Assembly: GCA_964016885.1 (NCBI GenBank) | Contig: OZ024744.1 | Span: 17,050,001-17,114,000 of the forward strand | DNA from: Eledone cirrhosa | Taxonomy: Eukaryota | Direction of reading: 5' to 3' | DNA length: 64,000 nucleotides | Shown here: positions 1-11,489 of the stretch, piece by piece | How positions within the stretch are numbered: position 1 is the stretch's first letter | How the letters are laid out: each line of letters opens with the position of its first letter | Program-made: the position numbers and the translations under genes | Notes under the pieces: model-generated | Databases searched by the model: none | Seen by the model: the letters and a program-made list of their open reading frames with translations, nothing else | Told to the model about the DNA's origin: nothing

Positions 1-224
1 CTGGAAAAGCACGGCAACCCATCCCCCGATCCTGGACGGCTGGGAGATGTATATACATCGTAGCCGCCGAAGATCGGTGCGAAGGCTCGTGCTTCGGAGA
101 TTCTGGTCTCGCTGATGGACACCACATCTATGTTTAGTGACCTGAGGTCGTTGAGCAGGTGACCCTGCTTCCAAGATGACCCCAGGCCACGTACATTTAT
201 ACATCCTATTCTAAGTACGGCCAT
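1..224 (-). CDS. LINE ORF2 N-terminus, apurinic-like endonuclease (partial)
   Basis: Manual translation MAVLRIGCINVRGLGSSWKQGHLLNDLRSLNIDVVSISETRI, homologous to MASLRVGSVNVRGLEMPWKQGQLLNDVR at 33626. Confidence 0.85.
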   Translation of the reverse strand, partial: MAVLRIGCINVRGLGSSWKQGHLLNDLRSLNIDVVSISETRISEARAFAPIFGGYDVYTSPSRPGSGDGLPCFS

Positions 225-259
225 GTTGAATGAGAAACGGGGTAAGTAAGAAAGGATCA

Positions 260-2200
260 CTTACCTTGATCGTGTGGTGAAGGGACAGTAGAAGCGTCCC
301 TTTGGCTGGTCATGGGTGTTTCCAAGAGGATGTCGGTGTATATCCTCTTGGTAACCGACACTCTGAAGTCTCCAACTGCGTTGGAGACCTTTTGTTTTAA
401 AAGTTTGGAATGTTCTATTCATATTTCAATTATGCTTATGTTTGTCGGGAGAGGTGTTGGTGGGGTGTAGTAGTTTTTCTGTGATGTCTGTGTGCTGCTT
501 TATATGTTGTAGGAGTTCTTTATTTGCCATGTGTATTGGCTGTGTACTTTTTGTGGGGGAGGGGGGTATTGTGTTGCTGTTTTCTTTTTGTTGCTGTTGG
601 GTGTGTAATTTGTTGTGTTTGCAATGTTGATATTTTTAGTGATACTGGTGGTGGTGTGGTTGTTGTTGGTGGTGATGCCTGTGGTGGTGATGGTGGGATG
701 GTGGGATGGTGGTGGCGTTGTTGCAAGTTTCCTTGCAGCCTTTACCCCTCTCCGTTTACCTTCGATTTTAGAGAGTGAAGCTAAGGGGTCTTTCCTTTTT
801 TGTTTTTTTGTGGCAGACCGTTTGCCTCTTCCCTCCCGCCTCATACTCCATATCGAATTCCGTGGCGTCTGGGAGGGGTATGAACTCCACTGCTGTTGGT
901 GGTGGTAGTGGAGCCCGCTCCGGCGATATTGCCGCCGGTGTAGCTACTGCGACTGTTGGTGTTGCCGCCACTGCTGCCGCTGTTGTCCCTGGCCTTGGAA
1001 TAAGTGCCACGGACGTTGCCCTCCTATTCACCATGGAAGGGTTTTCTCCCGCTGTTGCCTGCCCCGCTCTTGGTAGCAGCGGATCCGGCGTCGAAAGGGG
1101 GGAGTGCTCTTCTTGGCTGTCTTCTGCGGGCAGAAGGCCCTAAGGTGACCCTTCTGTCCACAGAGATAGCACTTTAGGCACCTTCCCTCCACGCTTATAG
1201 GGAGTTGGAGTCCTTCCTCGACCTCTATGATATCGGGGACAGCGTCGATACATTCTTGGTCAGATTGTATAAGCATTTGCATGCCTATACCTGACCAGTT
1301 CTCTCTCCCTATTTTCTCTACTTGCAGAGAAAATAAGGAGAGAGAACTGTCCTCGATTCCAGCAAGGACAGACGCGGCCAGCCAGGGTATGGGCAGGTCG
1401 GGTGGGACCTGGGTCACTTTTACCCTCATAATTTTCTGTCCGCAGTAGGAGGGCACCAAGACTATCTCCTCACTCTTTAGGGTTTCCAAAGCGTGAGACT
1501 TCGCTTCTTGGGGGGTGGCGAAAAGTACGTCTATTGTGGCGTACTTTCTGCCTCGGGTGATGTGGGTTTTGCGTGTCCAGACGCATCTCAAGGCCTTTTG
1601 GATTTGAGCCTCCGTGGCGCTCTACACCTGATGTGAAATTTTGCTTACGGTGCGGTAAGTCACCGTGCGCAGCTGTGGTCTTTGAAGAAATCGGGTGGAG
1701 GTTTCAGGGAAACTCTATTGTCGTTTCTCGACACCATGGCTCTTTCCACTGCCATCTCCTCCTCCGTGACTAACACTGTCTCTATATTTCGGGCCACACC
1801 TGCGAAAGAAGTGGCCCCTCTTTCAGCGGCACCATTATTGTTGCCGCTATTGGTCTTGTTGTTGGTGCTGTTGCTGTTGCTACTGCTAAAACGGTGTTGT
1901 TGGTGTTGTTGCTGTTATCACTTTTGAAGTTGGTTGTGTTTTTGGTGCCACCGTTGTTGTTGTTTCGGTGCAATTTGTATTGTTGCTGTTGGTGTTGTCG
2001 TTGTTTATTTTCTTGTTAGTGGTGTTAATATCGTTGTTGCATTTGTTGTCATTTTTTTCTGTTGTCTGTATTTTGGTTGACGCTGTTATTGTTGTAGTTG
2101 TTGTCGTAATTTTTTAAAAATTAGTTTCTCAGTGTTGTCTTTGTTCACGTTGTTTGTGGTGGTGTCTGTTGTAGGAATTTCACTAACCCTCCTCTCAACT
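260..2200 (-). pseudogene. Tx1-type ORF1 (CCHC nucleic-acid chaperone), frameshifted
   Basis: Split across ORFs 1782..1973, 1028..1591, 768..1034 and 500..844; CX2CX4HX4C knuckle plus low-complexity T/N/P linkers. Confidence 0.75.
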
Positions 2201-2463
2201 CTTACACCGTTGTCACGCGACAGCAGACATATTGCTGGGGGGCGTGACTCAGCCATGTTATCTTTTGATTTTTTTAATTTTCAAAAGTAAAATGTTCAAA
2301 TATTGTTTAAATATTTGGGCCAAAAGTCTCAAATATACTTTCCCCTTCACAGGGCAAAGTCCAAGGGCTTATATCCGTTACACAACAAGAAAGATTTCAC
2401 AACAAATAATTATAACAGGTAAATAAAGCGACTTACTCGGAGCGAGCAAAAAAGACGTCCGAA

Positions 2464-4832
2464 CAGACCACAAAACCTTGGTGGAAGAAACAACTGAATG
2501 GTCAAATCAAGGAAATGAGAAATGACATTGGAAAGCTTGAGTCCCTACTGAATGGGACATTACAAAACACAGACACTAAAAATAGACAGGAAATAAAGTA
2601 CAAAACTAGGATGAAAATCTAAATATCATCATAGAGGAACTGAAGCAACGCATTGTAGCAAAAAGTGCAAGGATTAGGCGGTATGAGAACAGAGTTAGTC
2701 AGTATAGACAGAACCGCATGTTTGACAACAACCAGATGTTGTTTGGACAGCTTGAAGGGAAAGAATGAGGCAACGACTTGATCCCTGAGGCGGAACAGAC
2801 TAAGACATTCTGGAGAGGAATATGGGAGCAGGGTGTTGAACATAATGATCAGGCAGTGTGGATTGAGACAGTACAAAAGGAGATTAGTGAATAAGCACAC
2901 CAACAAACTGATTTGAGTATCACATTTAAACTCTTAAAGGGCAGGCCAAAAAACTAACCAACTGGAAATCACCAGGCCCAGATGGTGTGCAGGGGTATTT
3001 GATCAAAAATATAACATCCCTCCACCCGAAACTGACAACCATGTTCAATGACTGCTTGATGTCGGGTGAGGTACCAGAGTGGTTGACAAAAGGTACCACA
3101 GTTCTGGTAATGAAAGACTGAATCAAGGGTAATGATGTTACCAACTATAGACCTATCACATGTCTGTCCATAATGTGGAATCTGTTAACAAGCATTGTGT
3201 CTGAGGAAATCTACCATCACCTCCACATAAACAACTTGTTACCGGACGAACAGAAAGGATGCCGAAAGAAGTCCCGTGGTACAAAAGACCAGTTACTTAT
3301 TGATAAGATGGTAATGATGAATTGCAAGCGGAAACACACTGGTCTTGCCATGGGATGGATAGATTACAAAAAGGCATTCGACATGGTACCTCATTCTAGG
3401 ATAACCAAAAGCCTAAATATCTTCAAGGTGGCAGATAGCATCAGACAGTTGTTGAGCAAAAGTATGAAGTCCTGGGAAACAGAGTTAACATCGGGTGGAG
3501 AATCCTTGGGAGGCCTGAAGATCAAGAGAGGTATCTTCCAGGGAGATACTTTGTCCCCTCTGTTGTTTGTCCTTGCCATGATATCCCTGACCATTATACT
3601 GCGAAAAGTGAGAGCAGGATACAAGTTGGGAAAGGGAGGGCTTACCATCAATCACCTCCTCTTAATGGACGATCTTAAGCTCTTCGGGAAGAGTGAGAAG
3701 GAGTTGGATGTACTTGTTGACACTGTCCGTATTTTCAGCAATGATATATGTATGCAATTTGGTATTAGTAAATGTGGAGTCCTTGTGATGAAGAGGGGTA
3801 AATTGAGCAGAAGCAACGGAATCCAGGTACCAACAGGTGAGATGATAAAATAAATTGACACTGACGAAGGATACAAATATTTAGGTGTTCAAGAACAAAA
3901 AAAAAAGGAAGGAATTGATAAGATCTGAGTACATTAGGAGAGTAAGGAGCGTATTAAAATCACATCTGAACAGTAGGAATGTCATAAGTGCAGTAAATTC
4001 CCGAGCTGTGTCTATTATTAGGTACAGTGCGGGAATTCTGAAATGGAATGTTGCTGAACAAAAAGAAATGGATAAGAAGACTAGGAAGCTATTGACTATC
4101 TACAACATGTTCCACAAGAGGATTGATGTCGATAGATTCTACTTAAAGAGATCTGAAGGTGGAAGAGGTTTTATCAGCATAGAGGACTGTGTTCAGATGG
4201 AGAAAAACAACCTGCACAAATACGTGACTAACAGTAGGGAGCCAATGCTCAGAATTGTACAGAAGGAGGGGACAATAGACCAGGGGATGTCCAAGGAGGA
4301 AATAACAAGGAGGAAGAGCAACCTTCATGAAAAATCCCTTCATAGTACCTTCTTTGAGAAAACTAAATTTAGAGATCCACAGATATGGAACTGGTTGAAA
4401 AGAGGAGACCTTAAAAAGGCTACAGAAAGAATGCTAATGGCTGCGCAAGAGCAGGTCCCCAGAACGAAGTGGCTGAAACACCATATTTACAAGGAGGAGG
4501 CTAGCCCACTGTGCAGGATCTGTGGAGAGAGAGAGGAGACTCTGGCTCACATTGTATCCGAGTGTAAACACCTAGCCCAGACTCACTATAAAGGCTGGAG
4601 ACATGATGTGATGGGCAGGTTGATCCACTGGCACCTATGCAAAGTAAACAATTTACCACATTCTGAGAAGTGGTATGAGCATAAGCCAGAGTCGGTGATA
4701 GAAAACGATCAGGTGAAGGTGCTATGGGATTTTAGGATACAGACGGACAAGAAACGGGAACACAATAGACCTGACCTGGTGGTTTTGGGCAAGGAAAAAA
4801 GATCGTGCGTGATTGTAGATGTAGCCTGCAAA
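2464..4832 (+). mobile_element. R4/Dong-like RLE non-LTR retrotransposon, degenerate and truncated at both ends
   Basis: RT motifs [44 protein letters not shown] (3173..3853). CCHC finger CRICGEREETLAHIVSEC and RLE motif HNRPDLVV...IVDVAC (3885..4874). Stops and frameshifts present. Confidence 0.9.
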
Positions 4833-4985
4833 TACCCAATGCATTACTGGTACTTTATTTTATCGACCCCGTAAGGATGAAAGGCAAAGTTAACCTCGGC
4901 AGGATTTGAACTCAGAATGGCAAGGGCCGTAACTCTATGCGTCAAAGCATGGTGTCCGACCCTCTACCGATACTGCCAATCCAAT
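4832..4985 (-). mobile_element. tRNA-derived SINE
   Basis: Minus strand has A box TGGCAGTATCGG, B box GAGTTCAAATCC and the body GCCTTTCATCCTTACGGGGTCGATAAAATAAAGTACCAG shared with four other copies in the window. Confidence 0.85.
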
Positions 4986-5094
4986 AATAATAATAATTTG
5001 CCTTAGGTGTCAGTTTGCTCTCGGATTCAGGAAGACAATCGGCATATATCTCAGATTCAATAATGAAAGAAAATAAAAATAACAATAATAATAA

Positions 5095-5975
5095 TGCTTT
5101 CTTTATTAACCACAAGGGTTGACACAAAGTATAACATTAAGGACAACACAGGACAATAGAGGACGGTACAAATGGGCATTTCTGCGTGTAAAAAACAAAA
5201 ACAGAGTATGTGACAAAAAAAGCAACGATGAAAAATTCCCCAATAGGGGGAGACATCCGAGGGTCGCTCGTGGACAAAGCCCACAAAAAAGCCACGGTCT
5301 CACTGACCGCTAGGGCAAATGCTCTCTTCCAGTTTTCCTCCTATGATGCTACAGGCACACGCTCAGGGTAGGCCCATTCACACGGGCCATTCTTGCCTCT
5401 CTCACCCACCTTTCAACGAACTGGCTGGAAGGCATCACTTCCCTCTCCACCCTGATTTTTTCTTTTCAGGTGAAACTTGAAAAAGTTAAGGAGGGCGTCA
5501 CAGAAGAGGAAAGTACCCGTCTTCAATCCTTTCAGACGTGTCCAGCATATGATCCCTTTTACCATTGCCACCAGGCAGATAAAAACTGCTTGCCCCTCCC
5601 GGCTAAAGGAAGGCGGCGGGGAAATTCTCACGATAGATTCAGCTGATAACCGGATCCGTTCTACACGTGACAGCAGGTGTTCGACATAAACCCACAAGTC
5701 AGCAATGCTCGGACACTGGATGAGTGTATGGAGGACGGTTTCAACGCCCTGCGCGCATGTCGGTCAGGCCCGGCTGACGGTACTTCCATGCCTGTAGAGT
5801 TTATCCCGAACTGGCAAGGCTCCTCGGTAGCACTGCCAGGGCAGGATTTCTGGAAGTTGTCCATGGGCCCCGGGCCGAAAGTTCTCCCGAGGAGATTGGC
5901 TAGTTGGTTTTCGTCGACGCCTAGACTTTCCCCAAGTACGTCGTCGCTCTTTCCCTCCACTAATGATTTCATTTA
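5095..5975 (-). mobile_element. L1/Tx1 3' fragment (ORF2 C-terminus and 3'UTR)
   Basis: ORFs 5661..5972 and 5413..5697 (LGESLGVDE...FGPGPMDNFQKS; LSAESIVRI) match 30450..30845. Ends in AATAAA and an (ATT)n tail. Confidence 0.85.
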
Positions 5976-6009
5976 CTGGCCAGAAGGGCCGACATGTCGG
6001 GGATAATCG

Positions 6010-6285
6010 ACAGTGGGGGGTTTACAATAAGGTCGAGTAAAAGTACACAATGGCAAGACTAATTTAACAATGGAAATATATAAATATAAAATAAACTATA
6101 TATAAATATTAAAAAATAGATTTCCCATAGTGGGGTGGACGACTCAGGGGTGACTCAGGTACCCCACCAATCCTGAACCACCCTGCGCTTCTAGGCTACT
6201 CGGGGTGAGCACCCCTCTCCTCCTCAAATTAGCCAGCCTATAGGCGCATGGTGAGAATAGGCCCACTCACACGGGCCATTCTCAA
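6010..6285 (-). mobile_element. Second short Tx1-like 3'UTR fragment
   Basis: GGCCCACTCACACGGGCCATTCT near 6260 matches the ORF2 end at 5371 and 30268; similar T-rich 3'UTR. Confidence 0.5.
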
Positions 6286-6691
6286 AAATAATAACATTAT
6301 TAATAATTATTAATTAATTCTATAGTGCAATGCCTGTGCGAGAAGATTATTTTTAAAGTGAGGAAAGACTGTGCACTGAGCCAATCCCACTCTCTGAGCG
6401 ACAGTAGCTATAACCCGAAAAGAAGAAAAGATCAACATCATCGGTAACTACTGAGCCGCAGGTTTTATATCGGAACTATCCCAGTTTCCTGAGTTGCCTG
6501 TCCTAGAAGAATGCCCTGACAAGGGCTAGGGGTCCTTCACTCCCAGTGGTTTAACCGCGCGATCGGGTATCCAGCCCGATTATTTCTGTCCCCGTACATA
6601 AAAAACCTCACTTAGTGACACTCATACATACAACACACGCCATTCACTTACACACACAAACACACGCATACATATATATTACTGTTATTAT

Positions 6692-7325
6692 CGGTGGATT
6701 GGCAGTAGAGGGTCGGACGCCATGCTTTGAAGCATAGAGTTCAAATGATCTGAGTTCAAATCCCGCCGAAGTTAACTTTGCCTTTCATCCTTATGGGGTC
6801 GATAAAATAAAATACCAGTAATACAATGGGTAATTGCTGGCCTTGTGCCCAAAGTAGAAACAATTATTAATATTAGGGCGGTGGATTGGCAGTATCGGAA
6901 GATATTCGGACGCCATGCTTTGAAGCATAGTGTTACCTCCCTTTATGATCTGAGTTCAAATCCCGCCGAGGTTAACGTTCATCCTTACAGGGTCGATAAA
7001 ATAAAGTACCAGTAATACACTGATATAATTGCTGGCCTTGTGCCAAAAGTAGAAACAATTATTAATATTATAGATGTGGCAACTGTTGTCTTTTGAAAGG
7101 GTTCGCACAATTGAAGTTGTTCGTGTGTTACTGTTCAGTATTTGGCAGAATCCGTAGAGGGTCAGACTCCATGCTTTGCAGTATGGAGTTACAGGCTTTT
7201 ACGATCTGAGTTCAAATCTCGCCGAGGTCAACCCTGCCTTTCATCTTTACGGGGTCGATAAAATAAAGTACCAGTAATACACTGATATAATTGCTGGCCT
7301 TGTGCCACAAGTAGAAACAATTATT
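6692..7325 (+). mobile_element. Three tandem copies of the tRNA-derived SINE
   Basis: Units at ~6692, ~6878 and ~7143, each with TGGCAG..., GAGTTCAAATC and a tail ending GGCCTTGTGCC...AAGTAGAAACAATTATTA. Confidence 0.85.
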
Positions 7326-7454
7326 ATAGTTGTTGTTTTCTTAAGGCCCGATCGGAAAAATTAATTGGATACATTTCACTGCACCCACCCCGCCACCACA
7401 ATAACATCTACACTCTCTCCCCACCACCACATTTACACTCACACAAGTCAATAC

Positions 7455-8105
7455 CCATGTCGCTATGGATCCACCGTGGACTCTTTCAGCTTCCATCCGC
7501 TTTCCTGTCGCCACAGTGCCGCCCGCCTTCCACGCCATGCTGCCCTCAACGAGGTCATAAAGCATGGCTTGGAGGCTGCAGGCTTCCCTTCTCAGCTGTA
7601 GCCGATGGGGCTGGACCGAGGGGACGGCAAATGGGTAGACGGTATGACCATCTTCCTGTTCCACGGTAGCAAACTCCTCGTCTAGGATGTCACTTGCAGC
7701 GACACTTTCTCCAGCCGCAAAACCTCGTACAGTCTGCGACTAACCCAGGTTCTGCTGCACTTTGGGCTGAGGAGGGGAAACTCTCCAAGTACCGGTCACT
7801 CTCCGACAGGTACGTGGTCGTGCCCTTAGCAGTGGAGATTTCTGGTGTTCTTAGCCCTAGGTCTACCTCCCTATTCACCACCTTAGATGCTGAGCTGACC
7901 AGCCGCATGTGTGAGCCTCGCGAGTTGGAATGGCTCTTCCAGCGCGTCTCCCTTACCATCCTCTGGGGAAACGTCTTCTCCATCCTGTCCGCTGGGGCTG
8001 TGGGGAGGCCATGACAGTGGGAATACGGCTGTTCTTTCATGTTTACTTAGGTTACTATTTTCTATTGTATAATGATTGTACAATGTAATACATTCTTTTG
8101 TAAAC
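7455..8105 (+). mobile_element. CRE-clade RLE LINE, 3' fragment
   Basis: CRHSAARLPRHAALNEVIK, PLAVEISGVL, LFQRVSLTILWGN; homologous to 25689-26230. Confidence 0.85.
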
Positions 8106-8147
8106 CTATCTAGACTAAAGTCACTGACCTGCTACCGGGCCCCCTAC

Positions 8148-8153
<6 letters not shown>

Positions 8154-8200
<47 letters not shown>

Positions 8201-8207
8201 ATATAAA

Positions 8208-8262
<55 letters not shown>

Positions 8263-8265
8263 AAG

Positions 8266-8345
<80 letters not shown>
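8154..8345. repeat. (TA)n microsatellite (one of many)
   Basis: Seen directly. Confidence 0.95.
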
Positions 8346-8348
<3 letters not shown>

Positions 8349-8692
8349 TCAGTCTAAACGACCAACGTTAAACCCCAACATCTACAACACCACCACCACC
8401 ACCACCACCACCACCACCACCACCAACAGCAACAACAACAACACCGGCACCAATGTCTACAGCAAGAACAGCATCAGAATGAAAACCAACACCAATATCT
8501 GCAATAACATCAAGAGGAAAATCAGCAACATCTGCAACATGTGCGGCATCAAACGATAAAAAAGCCAAACAACAACAACTGCCACCACAATCACCTGGAG
8601 CGAAATCGCTCTGTATAATCAGCTCTTGATTATTACTGGAATTCTATAAGAATCCAGCTTCTATAATTTTCGACAAAGGCAGGTGAGTACGT

Positions 8693-8733
8693 GGTTTTGA
8701 TGATCTCCAATCAGCGTGAAACAGCTGTCAGCC
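8693..8733 (+). ncRNA. Decayed minimal hammerhead ribozyme
   Basis: ggtt-TTGATGA-(weak stem II)-GAAAC-agct-GTC-agcc; palindromic stem III, C3 mutated. Confidence 0.45.
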
Positions 8734-8964
8734 TCTCTCCCTTCTTTCGCCGAAAAGAAGTAAGTGACATAGTCACTACATTAAAGCTGATAGCGTAAGG
8801 TCTTCTAAATGTTTTTAATTAAACATACGGTATATTGCCAAATATACTATACATACATTTATGTATATATCGCTATTTCAGAGAACCAATACTAAAACCT
8901 TATATATATATCAATAGATTAGTGGAGTAAGCTTGTTGAATCCCAACAAATTAAATATAACCTC

Positions 8965-9011
<47 letters not shown>

Positions 9012-9104
9012 TTAGGTTAATAGGAGTTAGGTATTGTATACCCGTGTCCCATTAAAGTATTGGCAGTATAATAATTAGCTCAATGCTTTGGAGCAGAGCC
9101 GTAT

Positions 9105-9480
9105 ATATGATAAAGAACACAAGAGCGTCTACATCAAACATTTTTCATTGGCTTACAATATTTCTTCCTTACGTAACCGTAGGATTCGTCAGAGCTATAA
9201 AAGGGGTTTGATTGGTGTTATGGACTCTACCAACCAAACATTCAAGAACAAAGAGTAAAGAGAGTAAAGAGCAAAGGCGGGGGACAATAAGTCTAATTTA
9301 GATGCGGGAGGGTGGGGTGTGGGTCCTTGTTTACTAGCTGTGGTCATATTCATTCCCGGGAGTCGAGTGGTTAGTGGAGCCATAGATGGGGTGGCATTGA
9401 TAGTAGGGTGCAGAGGGTGTGCAGAGGCTACACACAAACAAGGGGCATATAATATATATATAACGGAGGAGAAAGTACAT
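9105..9480 (-). repeat. Dispersed repeat, probable PLE pLTR; second copy at 43948-44328
   Basis: Near-identical sequence at both loci; contains a hammerhead motif. Confidence 0.75.
9151..9195 (-). ncRNA. Type I hammerhead ribozyme
   Basis: gct-CTGACGA-atcctacggttacgtaaggaa-GAAAT-att-GTA-agc. The copy at 43996-44040 has GAAACattGTA but a mutated core. Confidence 0.65.
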
Positions 9481-10089
9481 GAGGTAATTAGAAATGGAAT
9501 AATAATTTATAGTTAATAATGTATAATAAGGCATAGGGAAGATTACACTATAATAAGGTATAAAAGTAAGAATAAAATAAAATATAATAAAATATAAGGA
9601 GGCTAAAAATGAAAATAAAAATAAAAATAAAAAAATATATAAAAAATATATAGAGAATATATAAAAAATATGAGCAAGTATCAGAAAGGGAAAAGCACAA
9701 TGTAAAAAACAGCTTTTGTTAAATAAAAATATTATAAATGTGGGGGGAGAAAACGGGAGAGAGAAATATAATCATAATGTGATTAGTTGAGAGAATATAA
9801 GATTATAAGTGTGTCAAGTTTATACATCTTAATAATAAATAATATGTATACTAGAGTTACACATCTTTCAATGCACTCGCAAGTCCAACCCATAGGGCAT
9901 AGTCCATCGCTCATCTGTGCGGTCGTGTGTGCCTGCGTTCGACCTCACAACAGATCCACAAGTTCGTATATTTCAATGCAAATAGAATTCTATTTGTGCT
10001 TACCCGGTCATTGACGGTGCATCCAATATTCCTAGTTCGTTGTTGACCCAATATGTGTGTAGTGTTATTTTGGTCGCATAAATCAGTCA

Positions 10090-10400
10090 CTTGGTTCTAT
10101 ATTATGGAGTATGGTATTCTGGTCTTCGATACACTATCAGTGGTTGTATTTCTCAAAATCACAAGGATCACAGTACTCCGGTTTGGTTTGATTATCGGTC
10201 ATCCAACTATGTTGTCGGTGGTTGGATTCAAATCTATTGCCCAGAACGTAGAACTTTGGTGTTGATTGAACATTAACGAGGCAGAGTGAAATCGTATCTG
10301 TGGTAAATAACGGTACGCAAGGAAATTCTTCGTCTTCGTTTCATCCGGGTCTAGCAGTCACGTGCAAAAACTGCTACGTAGTAACTGTGAGGGCAAGATA
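10090..10400 (+). repeat. Unclassified dispersed repeat; inverted copy at 24605-24912
   Basis: Colinear reverse-complement match. Confidence 0.8.
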
Positions 10401-11489
10401 GCAACTGACCGAAAATTCTCTTGGGAATTCGGTCAGGCATGACAGGTATATCTAGGTCACCAGTTTTTTCGTGTGTACGTGTGTCCGATACACACAGACA
10501 CATATTTATATGTATTTCAACGCGAAAAAAATTCGATTGATGCCCTTATTGATATTATATCTGATATTCCTAGATCTCTGTTGTTCCGATGTCCATGTTG
10601 TGATGTTTTGGTCGTGTTTACCAGTCACTGTGTTTTGCCTTGACCTTGGAGTGTGATGTTTTGGTCATCAATATTCCGGCAACCGCATTCCTCTCTTATA
10701 TTGTGGAAAGTGGTGTTCTGGTCTTCAGTATACATTTGGGTCAGCAGGAGGGGAGGTGGTTCTCAGTTACCACTGCGACAATACATATATGTTACTTTAC
10801 ATATCGTGCTCCTCTCAAAGATGAGTATTATAGGAGGAATTCATGCCAAACACCACACATAGAGAGGACTTATACAGAAAAAATTCTCGCTCCAAGAGTT
10901 CCCTCCAAAGAACCTTTCGGCGACACATAGCAAAATACATAATATATAATATATAGTGTGTTATTACATGAGTGGATGTTCACTTGTATCATACAAGAAA
11001 GGCAATAGGGAATAGGGAGGAAGAAGCCCTGCTTTTATGGTGGAGGTTGGGGTGAACTAGTACATGAATGCACACCCGCAGACGTTCCCACGTCTGTCCA
11101 AGTGTACACATGGGCAGCAACAGACACAGTCAAACACACATATATGTATATATTCATGCACACCCACACTCACGCGCACAGACACGCACAGATGATAGAG
11201 GCTGGGGTGTATTGTTATATATGGCCATGCGCGGAGACATACACACACTCTCATACACCCCTATATATGCACGCATGCATACACACACACCCGCACCAGA
11301 GGTTGGGGTGCACTAGCACATGGGTAGATATTCCCCCATATGCATGCGTGCACACATATGTATTCCGCACACAGACACACATACGAGCCCACATTCACCT
11401 ACACCCAGACATATAGATCACTACCCCACGACACGCATGCATACACGTGTGCATATATGGGTGTGTATGAGAGTGTGTGTATGTCTGCG

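Larger units (their letters stand above)
1..2463 (-). mobile_element. L1/Tx1-clade LINE, 5' part (5'UTR, ORF1, start of ORF2); continues past the left edge of the window
   Basis: ORF1 pieces carry a gag-type knuckle CYLCGQKGHLRAFC (ORF 1028..1591). ORF2 starts at ATG 224 with the APE motif MAVLRIGCINVRGLG...SETR. Layout matches the element at 30015-35740. Confidence 0.9.

Noticed and set aside
6330-6600. HDV-like ribozyme in a possible LINE 5'UTR (minus strand)
   Set aside because: Hairpins exist but a nested double pseudoknot with L3 and J4/2 consensus could not be assembled.
6692-7325. tRNA genes
   Set aside because: A and B boxes are present but no cloverleaf; these are SINE heads.
8360-8690. 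Host exon ending at CAG|GTGAGT
   Set aside because: Stops in all three plus frames and low complexity; the adjacent hammerhead relic suggests a PLE pLTR.
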